A stretch of DNA of 64,000 nt from an uncultured Nitrososphaerales archaeon (GTDB lineage Archaea; Thermoproteota; Nitrososphaeria; Nitrososphaerales; Nitrososphaeraceae). Shown here piece by piece: positions 32,829-44,267 of this stretch (the stretch's first letter is position 1; the number at the start of each line of letters is the position of its first letter). Below the pieces are notes generated by a model that was not told the DNA's origin, searched no databases, and saw nothing but the letters and a program-made list of their open reading frames with translations. The stretch spans positions 1,056,001 to 1,120,000 of the forward strand of contig CAVOHZ010000010.1 in NCBI GenBank assembly GCA_963695855.1, given 5' to 3'. The translations under genes and the position numbers were made by a program.

Positions 32829-33626
32829 TTGAATTCCCACAGTTGTCATTTTGAAATAGGATCCAAAACAGACATTGGACTAGTTAGAGAGAAAAATGAA
32901 GATTCTCTATTTGTGGATGAAGATTTAAAGCTTTTTGTTATTGCAGATGGAATGGGTGGACATAGTGCCGGAGAAATAGCGAGTAAAATTGCAATAGACG
33001 CAATTTCACAGTATACAGTTGAAAGACTTAACAGAGACCATGTACAAGAAAAAGACCTAAATAAACTACTTTTAGAGTCAATAAATCTTGCAAATTTCAA
33101 GATATTGAAAGAGAGTGCTGATAATCCCTATTTGAATGGAATGGGAACCACAGCTGTTTTTGCGATAACATCAGAACAAGGCAACATCCATCTAGTAAAT
33201 CTTGGGGATAGCAGAGCATATCTTATTGATGATAGGGTTGGAAAGATTTCCAAATTAACTACAGATCACACACTAGTTGAAGATCATTTCAGAAGAGGTT
33301 TATTATCTAAAGAGGAGACAATAAAACATCCCATGCGTCATATACTGACCCAATCTCTAGGATTAAATGAAGAGATTGTTCCTTTCCTAACCCACCTTAA
33401 ATTTCCCGTAGGGAACTATCTTTTATTATGTTCTGATGGATTAAATGAGATGATGACAGATAAAGAAATTTTAAATGTCGTCACAGATCCTAAAATTAAA
33501 AGTTGTCAAGAAAAATGCAAAAAACTGGTAGAAATTTCAAATGAGAAAGGTGGAGTAGACAATATTTCAATAATATTAGTGAAAAATCTTGGACCTGATT
33601 CGACCGATAGTGGAATTGTTGTTTGA
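32829..33626 (+). CDS. PP2C-family Ser/Thr protein phosphatase (Stp1/PrpC-like)
   Basis: REKNED, IADGMGGH, GMGTT, NLGDSRAY, LCSDGL, GGVDNIS. Confidence 0.93.
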   Translation: MNSHSCHFEIGSKTDIGLVREKNEDSLFVDEDLKLFVIADGMGGHSAGEIASKIAIDAISQYTVERLNRDHVQEKDLNKLLLESINLANFKILKESADNPYLNGMGTTAVFAITSEQGNIHLVNLGDSRAYLIDDRVGKISKLTTDHTLVEDHFRRGLLSKEETIKHPMRHILTQSLGLNEEIVPFLTHLKFPVGNYLLLCSDGLNEMMTDKEILNVVTDPKIKSCQEKCKKLVEISNEKGGVDNISIILVKNLGPDSTDSGIVV

Positions 33627-33794
33627 TCCCTTCTTTTACAATCCATCTTATCTAATGTCAAATAAGTAACAAAAAATAAAATTTTTCTAGTAAAGTAAAA
33701 TACAAGAAGAGGAGATAAAAAGATGAAAAAAATAAAAATAAAAATCAATTCCATTAAATAAATCATTTTGTCTACATCTTTCTTTTTTCTTGAA

Positions 33795-34868
33795 TCAGCG
33801 GATCTGGTAACGAAGGATGGCTACAATACCCCCAAGAGCAGAAACACGCAATCCTATATCAGTGGTTGAATCAACAGCGTAAACTTTTGCACCCAGTGAT
33901 TCAGCACTGTTTAAAAGATTTATTATATCATCTTCTTTTGAATCCTTAAAGACGGAGTTGGAAAAAACAAGAGATTCCACAGATCTTAATTTCACTGCTT
34001 CGGAAATTTCTTTGAAACCCATAGCATATTTTTGCTCTCCTTTATTAACCTGAATCATAATTTGATCTATGATATTAGATACAATTGAAATCTTACTGGA
34101 GCTCATCACTTCCTTTATTGTGGGCGATCTGATAAATACAAGAATTCCATCTTCACCAGCAACATCAACACCATCAATTACCGAGGAAATATCTTTATAG
34201 TTAGATTTTTTACTATGTATATAGTTCAGAAATTTTCTTTTCGTTTCTCCTGGACCAAATATTATTATTTTAAATTTTCCCTCTTCGTAGATTAGATTTG
34301 CAAAAGCATTTGCTATTTCATCAAAGAAAATTTCTATATTGGGATTATTTCTGGCAGTCTGCGAATAATATTTCCCACTCTGGCCTGAATATATATTTGG
34401 AATTATTTGTAGATGAGTGCCTGTAATCTTTGCTATTCCGGCTTCTTTTGTATCAATTGCAACTAGGATGAATGTACCAGCAACATCTGACTTTAGTAAA
34501 TTTAGATCTAGTTGATCCCATTTCTTATTTTTTTCAATTACGAGTGAATTTCCTATCTGGACTAGTACAGAATGATATGTTCCCTTGGCAACTAGACTAT
34601 TGTTTGATTCTGTAATAATACCAGATATACGCAGTCTGTCAATAGTTTCATCCAGATTGATTTTTTCAACTCTTATAGATACACGGATTTTAACTCTCTC
34701 CCTATCTGGTCTAGAAAATTCTTTATCAAATTTTATAACTCTAGTAGTATCCGAGATGACAGTATCCCCGAGTTTAACCACGCGTCTTAAAGCAAAGAGG
34801 TCGTCAGAATCCTCTGGAATCACCAGTATTGCCTTACCTGAAGAACCTTTTACTTCTTTACTGATCAT
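33795..34868 (-). CDS. pelA: mRNA surveillance protein Pelota
   Basis: PEDSDDL, RLRISG, GPGETK, LGGIVAILRY. Confidence 0.92.
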   Translation of the reverse strand: MISKEVKGSSGKAILVIPEDSDDLFALRRVVKLGDTVISDTTRVIKFDKEFSRPDRERVKIRVSIRVEKINLDETIDRLRISGIITESNNSLVAKGTYHSVLVQIGNSLVIEKNKKWDQLDLNLLKSDVAGTFILVAIDTKEAGIAKITGTHLQIIPNIYSGQSGKYYSQTARNNPNIEIFFDEIANAFANLIYEEGKFKIIIFGPGETKRKFLNYIHSKKSNYKDISSVIDGVDVAGEDGILVFIRSPTIKEVMSSSKISIVSNIIDQIMIQVNKGEQKYAMGFKEISEAVKLRSVESLVFSNSVFKDSKEDDIINLLNSAESLGAKVYAVDSTTDIGLRVSALGGIVAILRYQIR

Positions 34869-34942
34869 AGTGCTTTAAAAAAAGGGCGATAATATCATTT
34901 GTTACCTGTCATTTCACTTGATAATAATACAATAACAACAGA

Positions 34943-35536
<594 letters not shown>

Positions 35537-35689
35537 GTTTATGAAAAAAAAAATTCATTTTCTTAATAAAATAAACTTGTATGAACAAGTATTTGAAATT
35601 TATAATGGTTTAAGATTCGTTACAAAGAATACTTTTTGTAAAGAATATCTATAAATAAAAAATAACGATATTCTCTTGGGAAATCCTAA

Positions 35690-36046
35690 CTATTTATAAA
35701 CGCTATTATATTCAGATTTCTTTATATCGATTGTGACTTTATCGCCAACCTTGATATTCATATCGTCATAATCTCTCATGCTTATCTTGAATGTAGGACT
35801 ATCACCAGCCATTCCTCCTACTCCTCCGACGTTACCAGATATCATTTTTGAAATATCACCCATTGCTTTTGGCAGATTTTTCATTAAGTCTTCCGGAGAA
35901 GTAAAAGCCATAACATTAGCTCCAAAAGGGTTAAGCTTCTTATCACTTCCTGGTTTGTAGTCGTTAGGATCTGAGAATGTTACATAAACATAAGGACTTC
36001 CATCTTGTGTGGCCTCTATTCTAGAGGTAATGAATTCTTTTTTCAT
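35690..36046 (-). CDS. Hypothetical protein, possibly arcadin-1-like beta-barrel
   Basis: N-terminal beta strands, Gly/Met-rich middle, C-terminal FKISMRDYDDMNIKVGDKVTIDI. Confidence 0.7.
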   Translation of the reverse strand: MKKEFITSRIEATQDGSPYVYVTFSDPNDYKPGSDKKLNPFGANVMAFTSPEDLMKNLPKAMGDISKMISGNVGGVGGMAGDSPTFKISMRDYDDMNIKVGDKVTIDIKKSEYNSVYK

Positions 36047-36151
36047 TCTAACTATGTTATATAAAATTGACTTTATAATTTTTTAGATTTCTTTACGGAT
36101 CATAATATTTATTTTTTTAACAATATAGTATGCTTAAGTTTATCGTTAAAA

Positions 36152-37627
36152 TCAGATTGAATTTATCTCTTTTAAGAAGAGGCTAGTATCCAAATTGGAA
36201 AATGATGAGAGGTCGATATCTAACCCTGGAGACATCAAAGCTTTAAGATAGTTTCCGGCTGCTTTCTCCAGCCACCATTTTTCACCAAACTGGTTTACAA
36301 GTGCTAAATCTAATTCTTTGGCTCTGACTGCAGCAAAAAGATAACTTGGAACATACATTATTGCTTCAGGAAGAATATGGTGTAACATCCAATACTCGCC
36401 AGGAACTTTTATTCCTGTAAATCTCTTTACCAGATCTGAATATAACAAGTTGGATTCACTAACATTTAGATCTCTTTTCCAAAAATCTGCTTTCATAAGA
36501 GAATTTGCTGAATAAAAAGTTACAAAAAAGAGCTCCATGAAATTATTTCGTTGTTCTAGCTTATCCAATAACCTCGATTCCTTTATTCCAAGGTTATTTT
36601 GTAGAAATATCCGATTTTTTGTTAGGCGTTCCAAGAGAATAGAAAATATTTCTACCACGCCCATTGAGATAAAATATTTTTTCCAGTATTCTAGTTTTGG
36701 ATTGATAGAACTTGCATGCATCGCATGGCCAGATTCATGAAAACAGCCCTGGAGATCGAAATAGGGACTTTCACTTTTGTACAAAATTCTGATATCTTGT
36801 GGGATCTGAACAAAAAAACAGATAGGCGACGGGTATTTGTTTTTTCTGTCTTTGAAATCAAAGCTAATTTTGGTTAGATCAAATGATAGAATCTTAAAAA
36901 TTTTTTTCACTTCTTTTATTGGATCTATCTTGTGAAATACTTTCTGGAAATCATCATAAACCTTATTTCTAAAAAAATAGAAATCGTCATAGTATTGCGC
37001 ATTACTACCGAGAATTTCACTTGAAATGTCTTCAAGGGTTTTTTCAAAGGATTTTCTGGCTTTATTTCCCATATGCGTAACAAAATCTACAAGTTTTTCA
37101 TAGGAGATACGCTCATGATATAAATAGGAATTCAAGGGATCAAGTTCAATTGTTCTTACAGATTTATTCTGATCATTTATTTTAGAATACAGTTTCTTAA
37201 TTTTCTTAAACCTATCAAAGATTATAGGAGAGATATCCTTTGTTGCAATAATAAATTCGTCAAACACCTCTTTTCTTTTTCCAGAATCTTTTTCATGACT
37301 GTTGTATTGTCTCCAATTATTCCAGTTAATAGGTCTGCCATCTGGAAAAAAACGTTTTTTGGAAACAATTTTTTTTGTTCTTTGATCATGCAACTTTAAC
37401 TCAAGATCTCTAGTCGATGATTCTACAAAACTATCTGCTACCGAGACATAAAGTTCTACAGGTTCGTCGTATGAATCAAGAAATAATTTTGAATTCATAA
37501 ATCTGAGTTTTGAAAGAGAGAGAATATTCTTGTTAGAGTATGCTAATCCAGAATATTTTTTATAAATTTCATCTGTTTCTGCAACTATCAAGCTTTCGTC
37601 TACATTACTCCATTGCTGAATATTCAT
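36152..37627 (-). CDS. Zinc metallopeptidase, M3/M32-like gluzincin
   Basis: HESGHAMH with downstream E (VEIFS); YVPSYLFA. Confidence 0.75.
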   Translation of the reverse strand: MNIQQWSNVDESLIVAETDEIYKKYSGLAYSNKNILSLSKLRFMNSKLFLDSYDEPVELYVSVADSFVESSTRDLELKLHDQRTKKIVSKKRFFPDGRPINWNNWRQYNSHEKDSGKRKEVFDEFIIATKDISPIIFDRFKKIKKLYSKINDQNKSVRTIELDPLNSYLYHERISYEKLVDFVTHMGNKARKSFEKTLEDISSEILGSNAQYYDDFYFFRNKVYDDFQKVFHKIDPIKEVKKIFKILSFDLTKISFDFKDRKNKYPSPICFFVQIPQDIRILYKSESPYFDLQGCFHESGHAMHASSINPKLEYWKKYFISMGVVEIFSILLERLTKNRIFLQNNLGIKESRLLDKLEQRNNFMELFFVTFYSANSLMKADFWKRDLNVSESNLLYSDLVKRFTGIKVPGEYWMLHHILPEAIMYVPSYLFAAVRAKELDLALVNQFGEKWWLEKAAGNYLKALMSPGLDIDLSSFSNLDTSLFLKEINSI

Positions 37628-37970
37628 TTAATATGAATCCAGATATACTATTCAAGATATTTATAAATATAATATTTGTAGATATGAACGGTGAATTAGA
37701 TGCCTAATAATTACCAACTCTAAGTGTGTGATTTATTCAAAATTACAGAATTTAATTATATAAATCATATAAGTATCCTTAATTATAATCGGACTATCGA
37801 TTAATTAAACAATCTCAATTTAGATGAAAAGATCTAAAATTAATTATTTTTTGTATATTTGTATAACTTGTTTAATCTTCGAAATGTTTACAAAAAATTA
37901 CTAGTTGGTTATGGAAAGATGACACTGTAGTTTAAGATCTGAAATAGTCTAATTCTATGGATAGGGAGTC

Positions 37971-38630
37971 ATGGATAACCAATTTGATAATAACTGGATC
38001 AAGAAAGACAAAAAGAATAATTCTTTTGATAGTTTGAAAGAAAGTCTAAAACCTCAACAACCATTGAAGCCTAAAATGGAGATAGCAAAAAATAAGATTC
38101 AAATGCAAAATAGGAAGCTTGACGCAATGCTAGATAGACTAAAGGCAAAGGAAAAAATGTATTTTGATCAAGTAGTTACCTCTTTACAGAAACACGATTC
38201 GCAACAGGGGAAGATGGTCTCTACGGAATTAGCTCAGGTTAGAAAAACCGCAAGAACAATGACTCAATTAAAACTAGCATTAGAACAAGTTCATATGAGA
38301 TTAGAATCCACGATAGATATGGGTGATTCGATGGCAGCATTAGGTCCTGCTATGGGAGCCCTTTCACAAATCAAATCTAAAATCAACCTTGTTTTACCTG
38401 ATGCAGACACTGAATTAAACGATATTAATAGTGCCTTTAATGATATATTGAATAATGCCAGTGGAATTGGGAACAACACATTTGATTGTAATAGTAATAA
38501 CGAAGATGTTGCAAAGATCTTGGCAGAAGCCAATTTTATCGCAGAACAAAGGACAAGCATGGACATACCAGATATTCCAGGGGACAGAATTCGTCAAAAA
38601 TCAAATTCATTCAAAGAATATCCTCAATAA
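37971..38630 (+). CDS. Snf7/ESCRT-III (CdvB-like) paralogue
   Basis: Coiled-coil helices, ELAQVRK, LEQVHMRLEST, ILAEA, C-terminal DIPDIP MIM-like motif. Confidence 0.88.
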   Translation: MDNQFDNNWIKKDKKNNSFDSLKESLKPQQPLKPKMEIAKNKIQMQNRKLDAMLDRLKAKEKMYFDQVVTSLQKHDSQQGKMVSTELAQVRKTARTMTQLKLALEQVHMRLESTIDMGDSMAALGPAMGALSQIKSKINLVLPDADTELNDINSAFNDILNNASGIGNNTFDCNSNNEDVAKILAEANFIAEQRTSMDIPDIPGDRIRQKSNSFKEYPQ

Positions 38631-38782
38631 TGTAAAAAGTGAAAACTTTAACTTTTAATTTTTTGAACCAATTTTTGAAAGAATATAAATGAGTTACAGG
38701 TTTTTTTGAAATTTGATTGAACTGGAATTGAAGTAAGAATTCCATTAAAAAGTAATTGAAAAACAGAAATCAAAACTAGACC

Positions 38783-40150
38783 TTAGTTAAATAAAAATGA
38801 AAATATCTTCTTGAAATCTATTGAGGATAAAGAAGGTACGTCAATTCCAAAAATAGATGGATTGGATTTATCAGTATTCTCAGTATTATTGAGAATCGCG
38901 TTGGTTGATTCAATATTGTTTGCAATCATAGAAGAATTAGTAGAAACTGAAGTAGCTGGTGCTAGTTCAGAGGGTTCAGAGTTTACTGCTGGTTCTGGTT
39001 CGGAGGGTTCAGAGTTTACTGCTGGTTCTGGTTCGGAGGGTTCAGAGTTTACTGCTGGTTCTGGTTCAGAGTTTACTGCTGGTTCTGGTTCAGAGTTTAC
39101 TGCTGGTTCTGGTTCGGAGGGTTCAGAGTTTACTGCTGGTTCTGGTTCAGAGTTTACTGCTGGTTCTGGTTCGGAGGGTTCAGAGTTTACTGCTGGTTCT
39201 GGTTCAGAGTTTACTGCTGGTTCTGGTTCGGAAGGTTCAGAGCTTGCTGAGTTCACTGCTGGTTCTGGTTCAGAGTTTACAGCTAGTTCTGGTTCGGAAG
39301 GTTCAGAGCTTGCTGAGTTCACTGCTGGTTCTGGTTCAGAGTTTACAGCTAGTTCTGGTTCGGAAGGTTCAGAGCTTGCTGAGTTCACTGCTGGTTCTGG
39401 TTCAGAGTTTACAGCTAGTTCTGGTTCGGAAGGTTCAGAGCTTGCTGAGTTCACTGCTGGTTCTGGTTCAGAGTTTACAGCTAGTTCTGGTTTAGAGTTT
39501 AATAAAGAAATGAGATTATCAATATTAGTTGGTGGTGGACTTGCTCCAGGACTGGAAAAAGTATTTGGTGGTGGACTTGCTCCAGGACTGGAGTTTACTG
39601 CTGGTTCTGGTTCAGAGTTTACTGCTAGTTCTGTTTCAGAGTTTACTGCTAGTTCTGGTTCAGAGTTTAATAAAGAAATGAGATTATCAATATTAGTTGG
39701 TGGTGGACTTGCTCCAGGACTGGAAAAAGTATTTGGTGGTGGACTTGCTCCAGGACTGGAAAAAGTATTTGGTGGTGGACTTGCTCCAGGACTGGAAAAA
39801 GTATTTGGTGGTGGACTTGCTCCAGGACTGGAAAAAGTATTTGGTGCCAAAGAATTAGTTCCAGTCATAATGGTAGTATTGTTACTACTGTTGTTTAACC
39901 CCATTTTTACTTGGTTGATAGTATCTTGAATCACTTTATTCATGCTGTTGCCTATTAGATTCTGAATCTGTTTCTCTATATCACCTGGAATAGGATACGG
40001 AGATGGAGAAGGGGAAGAAGACGCACCAGTTTCTGATTGTCCATAGATTCCAACTGGCAGTATTATTAAAGATAGAAAAATAGATGAAAAAAGAAACAAA
40101 TCGAGATACATCCTAAATATTCTATTACATAAAATAACTTGCACAATCAA
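38783..40150 (-). CDS. Secreted Ser/Pro/Glu-rich tandem-repeat surface protein
   Basis: Signal/TM N-terminus; PPPNTFSSPGAS repeats; SEPEPAVN repeats. Confidence 0.8.
   Translation of the reverse strand: MIVQVILCNRIFRMYLDLFLFSSIFLSLIILPVGIYGQSETGASSSPSPSPYPIPGDIEKQIQNLIGNSMNKVIQDTINQVKMGLNNSSNNTTIMTGTNSLAPNTFSSPGASPPPNTFSSPGASPPPNTFSSPGASPPPNTFSSPGASPPPTNIDNLISLLNSEPELAVNSETELAVNSEPEPAVNSSPGASPPPNTFSSPGASPPPTNIDNLISLLNSKPELAVNSEPEPAVNSASSEPSEPELAVNSEPEPAVNSASSEPSEPELAVNSEPEPAVNSASSEPSEPELAVNSEPEPAVNSASSEPSEPEPAVNSEPEPAVNSEPSEPEPAVNSEPEPAVNSEPSEPEPAVNSEPEPAVNSEPEPAVNSEPSEPEPAVNSEPSEPEPAVNSEPSELAPATSVSTNSSMIANNIESTNAILNNTENTDKSNPSIFGIDVPSLSSIDFKKIFSFLFN
38960..39846. repeat. Nested coding tandem repeats (21-, 30-, 36- and 60-bp units)
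   Basis: GAGTTTACTGCTGGTTCTGGTTC and GGTGGTGGACTTGCTCCAGGACTGGAAAAAGTATTT arrays. Confidence 0.92.
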
Positions 40151-40351
40151 AATTTACTGATATTGTATTAAAGAACAATGTTCAAATCTTGATGTAATAT
40201 TGTTAAAATATTTTGCTTTTAGACTTTATAAAAAAATATCATAAATTTTACACGGTTGAATTTCAGATTTTAAACATAACTATGCAAATTAAATAAATAA
40301 AAAATATAATATACAGATTTAAGATGTTTTGTATATCTTCCAAACAAGGAA

Positions 40352-41029
40352 ATGACGAAAATATCTGTAGGTAAAATTTTGAAAAAAATGGAAAGAATAC
40401 TGGCAAATAGCAATAAGTTGACACGACCTACCGCATTAAAGGAACTACAAATGGAAGAGAAAAATGATCCTTTCAAGATATTAATAGGCACTATCTTATC
40501 AGCCCGTTCTAGAGACGAAAATACATCAAAGGTAGCTCATAAATTATTTTTGAAATACAAAGATGCAAAAGAATTGGCAGATGCAGATATTGATGAATTA
40601 AAATCTATAATCCATAGCATTGGTTTTTACAATACAAAGGCCTTGAGGATTAAACAAGTATCGCAGATAATAGTTGAAAAGTATGATGGAAGAGTGCCAA
40701 ACAGGATAAATGATCTTTTGGAATTACCTGGTGTTGGACGAAAGACTGCTAACTGTGTTCTAGTTTATGCCTTTAATGAACCTGCCATACCTGTTGATAT
40801 CCATGTCCATAGAATTTCAAATCGTATAGGACTGGTAAACACTAAAAATCCCAAAGATACTGAATCAGAACTCTGCAAAATAGTCGATAAAAAACACTGG
40901 TTGGTACTGAACAATACTTTTGTAATGTATGGTCAAAATATTTGCCTCCCCATAAAACCCAGATGTAGGATTTGTGGTTTAACTAATATTTGCAAGTATT
41001 ATATGTCCAATTTTAAAGAAAACAACTGA
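40352..41029 (+). CDS. nth: Endonuclease III
   Basis: LPGVGRKTAN HhH motif, VDIHVHRI, C-x6-C-x2-C-x5-C Fe-S motif. Confidence 0.95.
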   Translation: MTKISVGKILKKMERILANSNKLTRPTALKELQMEEKNDPFKILIGTILSARSRDENTSKVAHKLFLKYKDAKELADADIDELKSIIHSIGFYNTKALRIKQVSQIIVEKYDGRVPNRINDLLELPGVGRKTANCVLVYAFNEPAIPVDIHVHRISNRIGLVNTKNPKDTESELCKIVDKKHWLVLNNTFVMYGQNICLPIKPRCRICGLTNICKYYMSNFKENN

Positions 41030-41053
41030 AAGGAATTAGCTATTTATCCATTA

Positions 41054-41914
41054 TTATTGTATGGTATCTTCCGTCTCTTTATCCCGTTTCTTGAATTTTA
41101 ACAAGAAAAGCATCACTCCCCCTACAAGAACTAGCATTATTATTGGCAAGAAATACAATGGAGAATCACGTGGATCACCATATAAAAGATTGAATGAAAT
41201 AAGTCCATCTACACTGTTTACAGGAGAATTGATATCATCTTTTCCATACACAGCTATTGAACCTAAATTAAATCCATCAAGCGAGAGTTTATCTATTACT
41301 ATTCTTTTGCCGTTAGTTACTGTCAATCCCTGATTATTTGCATGCCCAATTGTAATTGGTTGTTCAGTTGACCAGCCATCTGTATCCCTCTCGTGGACTC
41401 GAATGTATCCCGATTCGTTTGTATTAACGGCCACCCAGAATTTGCTATTTTTCTCGAATAAAGCTAACTCTATGAACTTTTCACTTGGGTTTGGTTCCAT
41501 CAATTTTATTATTGTTTTTGCCTCACTAGAATTGGAATAAGTCATATTATTTTCTATATAAAGGATCCAATTGATACCTTTTGGAGGATTGTACGTATAG
41601 ATAAGTGGGTTCTTTCTATCAGTGTTAGAAGCATCATATGGTAGGACAAATCTTTCACTATGTTTAGTTTTTAGAACATCAATATCTCCTATATTAGAAT
41701 GGTATATCGATTTAGATTGGTTTTGAGCATATACAGAAGTAGTAGAAAAAAATACCATCAAGAGAACAGACGTGATTAAATAAAGTTTTAGCAAATGTAG
41801 ATTTCTATTATATTTAAAATCAGCTCCAATAAAATGCATTTGATCTAATTTTCTTTCTTTCAATATGACGATACTGGCTTTTTTAAACTGAAAATGAAAC
41901 CAATATTTCAGCAA
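41054..41914 (-). CDS. Hypothetical membrane-anchored extracellular protein
   Basis: Signal peptide (..VYAQ), beta-rich domain, C-terminal TM with basic tail; start probably downstream of 41914. Confidence 0.75.
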   Translation of the reverse strand: MLKYWFHFQFKKASIVILKERKLDQMHFIGADFKYNRNLHLLKLYLITSVLLMVFFSTTSVYAQNQSKSIYHSNIGDIDVLKTKHSERFVLPYDASNTDRKNPLIYTYNPPKGINWILYIENNMTYSNSSEAKTIIKLMEPNPSEKFIELALFEKNSKFWVAVNTNESGYIRVHERDTDGWSTEQPITIGHANNQGLTVTNGKRIVIDKLSLDGFNLGSIAVYGKDDINSPVNSVDGLISFNLLYGDPRDSPLYFLPIIMLVLVGGVMLFLLKFKKRDKETEDTIQ

Positions 41915-41967
41915 ATTTATTTGATTTGTATTGAAAATATTTGTGAAGCAATTCCTTTCAATCTAAT

Positions 41968-43134
41968 CTATTTCACAAATGGATCGGAAAATTTCGTAAT
42001 AACCTCTGCAATCTCTGGACGTAGCAAATGTTTTCCTGGGAGATCTCCATCTGTAACCATCTTTCTCATTCTCGTACCGCTAAGCTCTTCTTTAAATTCA
42101 GGTCCGTGTGGACAGTTCCTTTCATTTGCATATCCCAAACACTTTTTACAATAGTAAAACGTAGGAAAGAAAATAGGTTGGATACCAATATCAGGAAATT
42201 CTTTGAATATTTCATGAGCAGCAAAAGGATGGTAATAATCCCCAACACCGGCATGATCTCGTCCCACAATAAAATGAGAACAACCAAAATTTTTTCTCAT
42301 AATTGCATGATGTATTGCCTCCTTCGGTCCAGCATATCTCATTTCGGTATGAAGAGTAACAAACATCACTTTATTTTGTGGGTAATAATTATCAATTAAT
42401 TTCATGTACGATTCAAATATGACTTCATCTCGAAAATCGCCTATTTTCTTTTTTCCTATTAGAGGATTTATAAACAGTCCATCGTATATATTGAGGGCTG
42501 CTTTTTGTAACATTTCATGAGCTATATGTGGAATATTTCGTGTCTGAAAACCGACTACACTATTCCATCCACGTTTTTTAATCTCTGCCCTAGTCACAGA
42601 TGGCTCTAATCTATAATTTCTCAATTTTGAATCCAAATTTTTTTTATTTACTTCAATCTTTCCTGATACTAAAAAATCTTTTAATTTAAAAGTTTTAGAT
42701 ACACCCGGATGTTTATCATCATCTGTTTGGTAAAGAGACCTTGCCATTTGTAATTTATTGTATCCATAATATTCATCAAAATATAGTATTGCAAAATGTT
42801 CACTATTATTTCTTAACGAGATTTCCTTGTGTTCTTTGAGCTGTACTGCAGTGTCCTTACTTACATCAAGTATTATCGGTATCGTCCATGGTAATCCATT
42901 TTTTAGTCTCCCAGATGTTAAAATACTCTCAAAATCATCTTTTCCGACAAAACCATCCAATGGACTGAAAATACCATCAGCAATATTCTCTATATCATTC
43001 CTCAGATCGTCATCAACATCTATGTGATACATATCATCAGTCAACTTTTTAGACTCAAATTGATTTACCAGTTTGCCCCCGTGTGGATTGGGAATTCTAT
43101 CTATAACATCGTAGCATTTTGATATTTCTTTCAT
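41968..43134 (-). CDS. sat: Sulfate adenylyltransferase
   Basis: PHGGKL, FQTRNIPHIAHE, MRYAGPKEA, HFIVGRDHAG. Confidence 0.96.
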   Translation of the reverse strand: MKEISKCYDVIDRIPNPHGGKLVNQFESKKLTDDMYHIDVDDDLRNDIENIADGIFSPLDGFVGKDDFESILTSGRLKNGLPWTIPIILDVSKDTAVQLKEHKEISLRNNSEHFAILYFDEYYGYNKLQMARSLYQTDDDKHPGVSKTFKLKDFLVSGKIEVNKKNLDSKLRNYRLEPSVTRAEIKKRGWNSVVGFQTRNIPHIAHEMLQKAALNIYDGLFINPLIGKKKIGDFRDEVIFESYMKLIDNYYPQNKVMFVTLHTEMRYAGPKEAIHHAIMRKNFGCSHFIVGRDHAGVGDYYHPFAAHEIFKEFPDIGIQPIFFPTFYYCKKCLGYANERNCPHGPEFKEELSGTRMRKMVTDGDLPGKHLLRPEIAEVITKFSDPFVK

Positions 43135-43205
43135 TTTTTTGTCTCTACCTGATTAAACCCATTTTAATATCATCTTTGATGCACATATAATCATAATATC
43201 GGATC

Positions 43206-44063
43206 TCATTTCTGGTTACTTGTCTTATTTTGATCGAGATGAAGACCACATTCTTTCTGGTCTGGCTGTTCCCACCACCAGCGACCTGACCTAATATCTT
43301 CTCCAGGCGATATTGCTCTTGTACATGGTTCACATCCAATGCTTGGATACCCCTTATCATGCAATTTGTTGTATGGAACATTATTTTCTTTTATATATGT
43401 CCAAACCATTTTTTCTGTCCAATCTGCAAGGGGATTAATTTTTAGTATATTATTATGAGCGGTATCGATTTCAACCTTTTCTATATCCGATCTTGTGACA
43501 GATTGTTCTCTTCGTAAACCAGTTATCCATCCATCCAGAGATCTCAATGCTCTGTTTAATGGATTAACTTTCCTAATTCCACAACAAAGTTTTCTATTTT
43601 CAATGCTTTCATACATCAGATTAAAACCCTTGGTACGAACCATCTCTTCTACTTCAAATGAATCTGGAAAATATGTATCAATAGTAATATCATATTTTTT
43701 GGATATTTCATCCATTAAATCATACGTTTCTTGATTAAGTCTCCCGGTATCCAGAGTAAAAATTTTAGTTTTATCTTTATTGATTTTGACCATCATGTCT
43801 ATTAATATAACGTCTTCCATACCAAAACTTGAAGCCAGAGCAATTTTCGTTCCGTAATTATCAAAAGACCACTTTAATATCTCTTGGGCAGATTTGCTTT
43901 CAAAGTTGGATGCGAGATTTTTTATATTCGATGAATCAATAGAGTGCTCCATGTTTTGAGCCAAGCTTGAATTGTTGGAATTTTCAATGGATGATCCATA
44001 ACCTGATTCAGACATTATAAATAGTAAAGATATCTTCTTAACTCTATATTTATTTATTTTCAA
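43206..44063 (-). CDS. cysH: APS/PAPS reductase ([4Fe-4S] APS-reductase type)
   Basis: SSFG, LDTGRL, CCGIRK, GYPSIGCEPCT, SGRWWWE, ECGLH; real start likely at MSESG. Confidence 0.94.
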   Translation of the reverse strand: MKINKYRVKKISLLFIMSESGYGSSIENSNNSSLAQNMEHSIDSSNIKNLASNFESKSAQEILKWSFDNYGTKIALASSFGMEDVILIDMMVKINKDKTKIFTLDTGRLNQETYDLMDEISKKYDITIDTYFPDSFEVEEMVRTKGFNLMYESIENRKLCCGIRKVNPLNRALRSLDGWITGLRREQSVTRSDIEKVEIDTAHNNILKINPLADWTEKMVWTYIKENNVPYNKLHDKGYPSIGCEPCTRAISPGEDIRSGRWWWEQPDQKECGLHLDQNKTSNQK

Positions 44064-44235
44064 ACCATGTATATTGCCCAGTTTTTACCTTAAATTATCA
44101 ACATTGATCTGATCTGATTTAATTTGATTAATTATCCACTCATCATCATAATTTTTGCCAAAATGAGAAAAATTTGATATCTGAGATCTTTTAAAATCTA
44201 CGTAATGATACATAATTGAGAGATGAAACTACAAT

Positions 44236-44267
44236 ATATGTTCCCAATTGATTTTCTGGGAACATAT
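44236..44267. promoter_or_regulatory. 11-bp perfect inverted repeat in the cysH / SelD-like divergent promoter region
   Basis: ATATGTTCCCA-N10-TGGGAACATAT. Confidence 0.45.

Noticed and set aside
38811-39929. 372-aa antisense ORF and possible CRISPR-like periodicity
   Set aside because: The repeats are contiguous, codon-phased and have no unique spacers; the antisense frame is open only because the unit lacks stops
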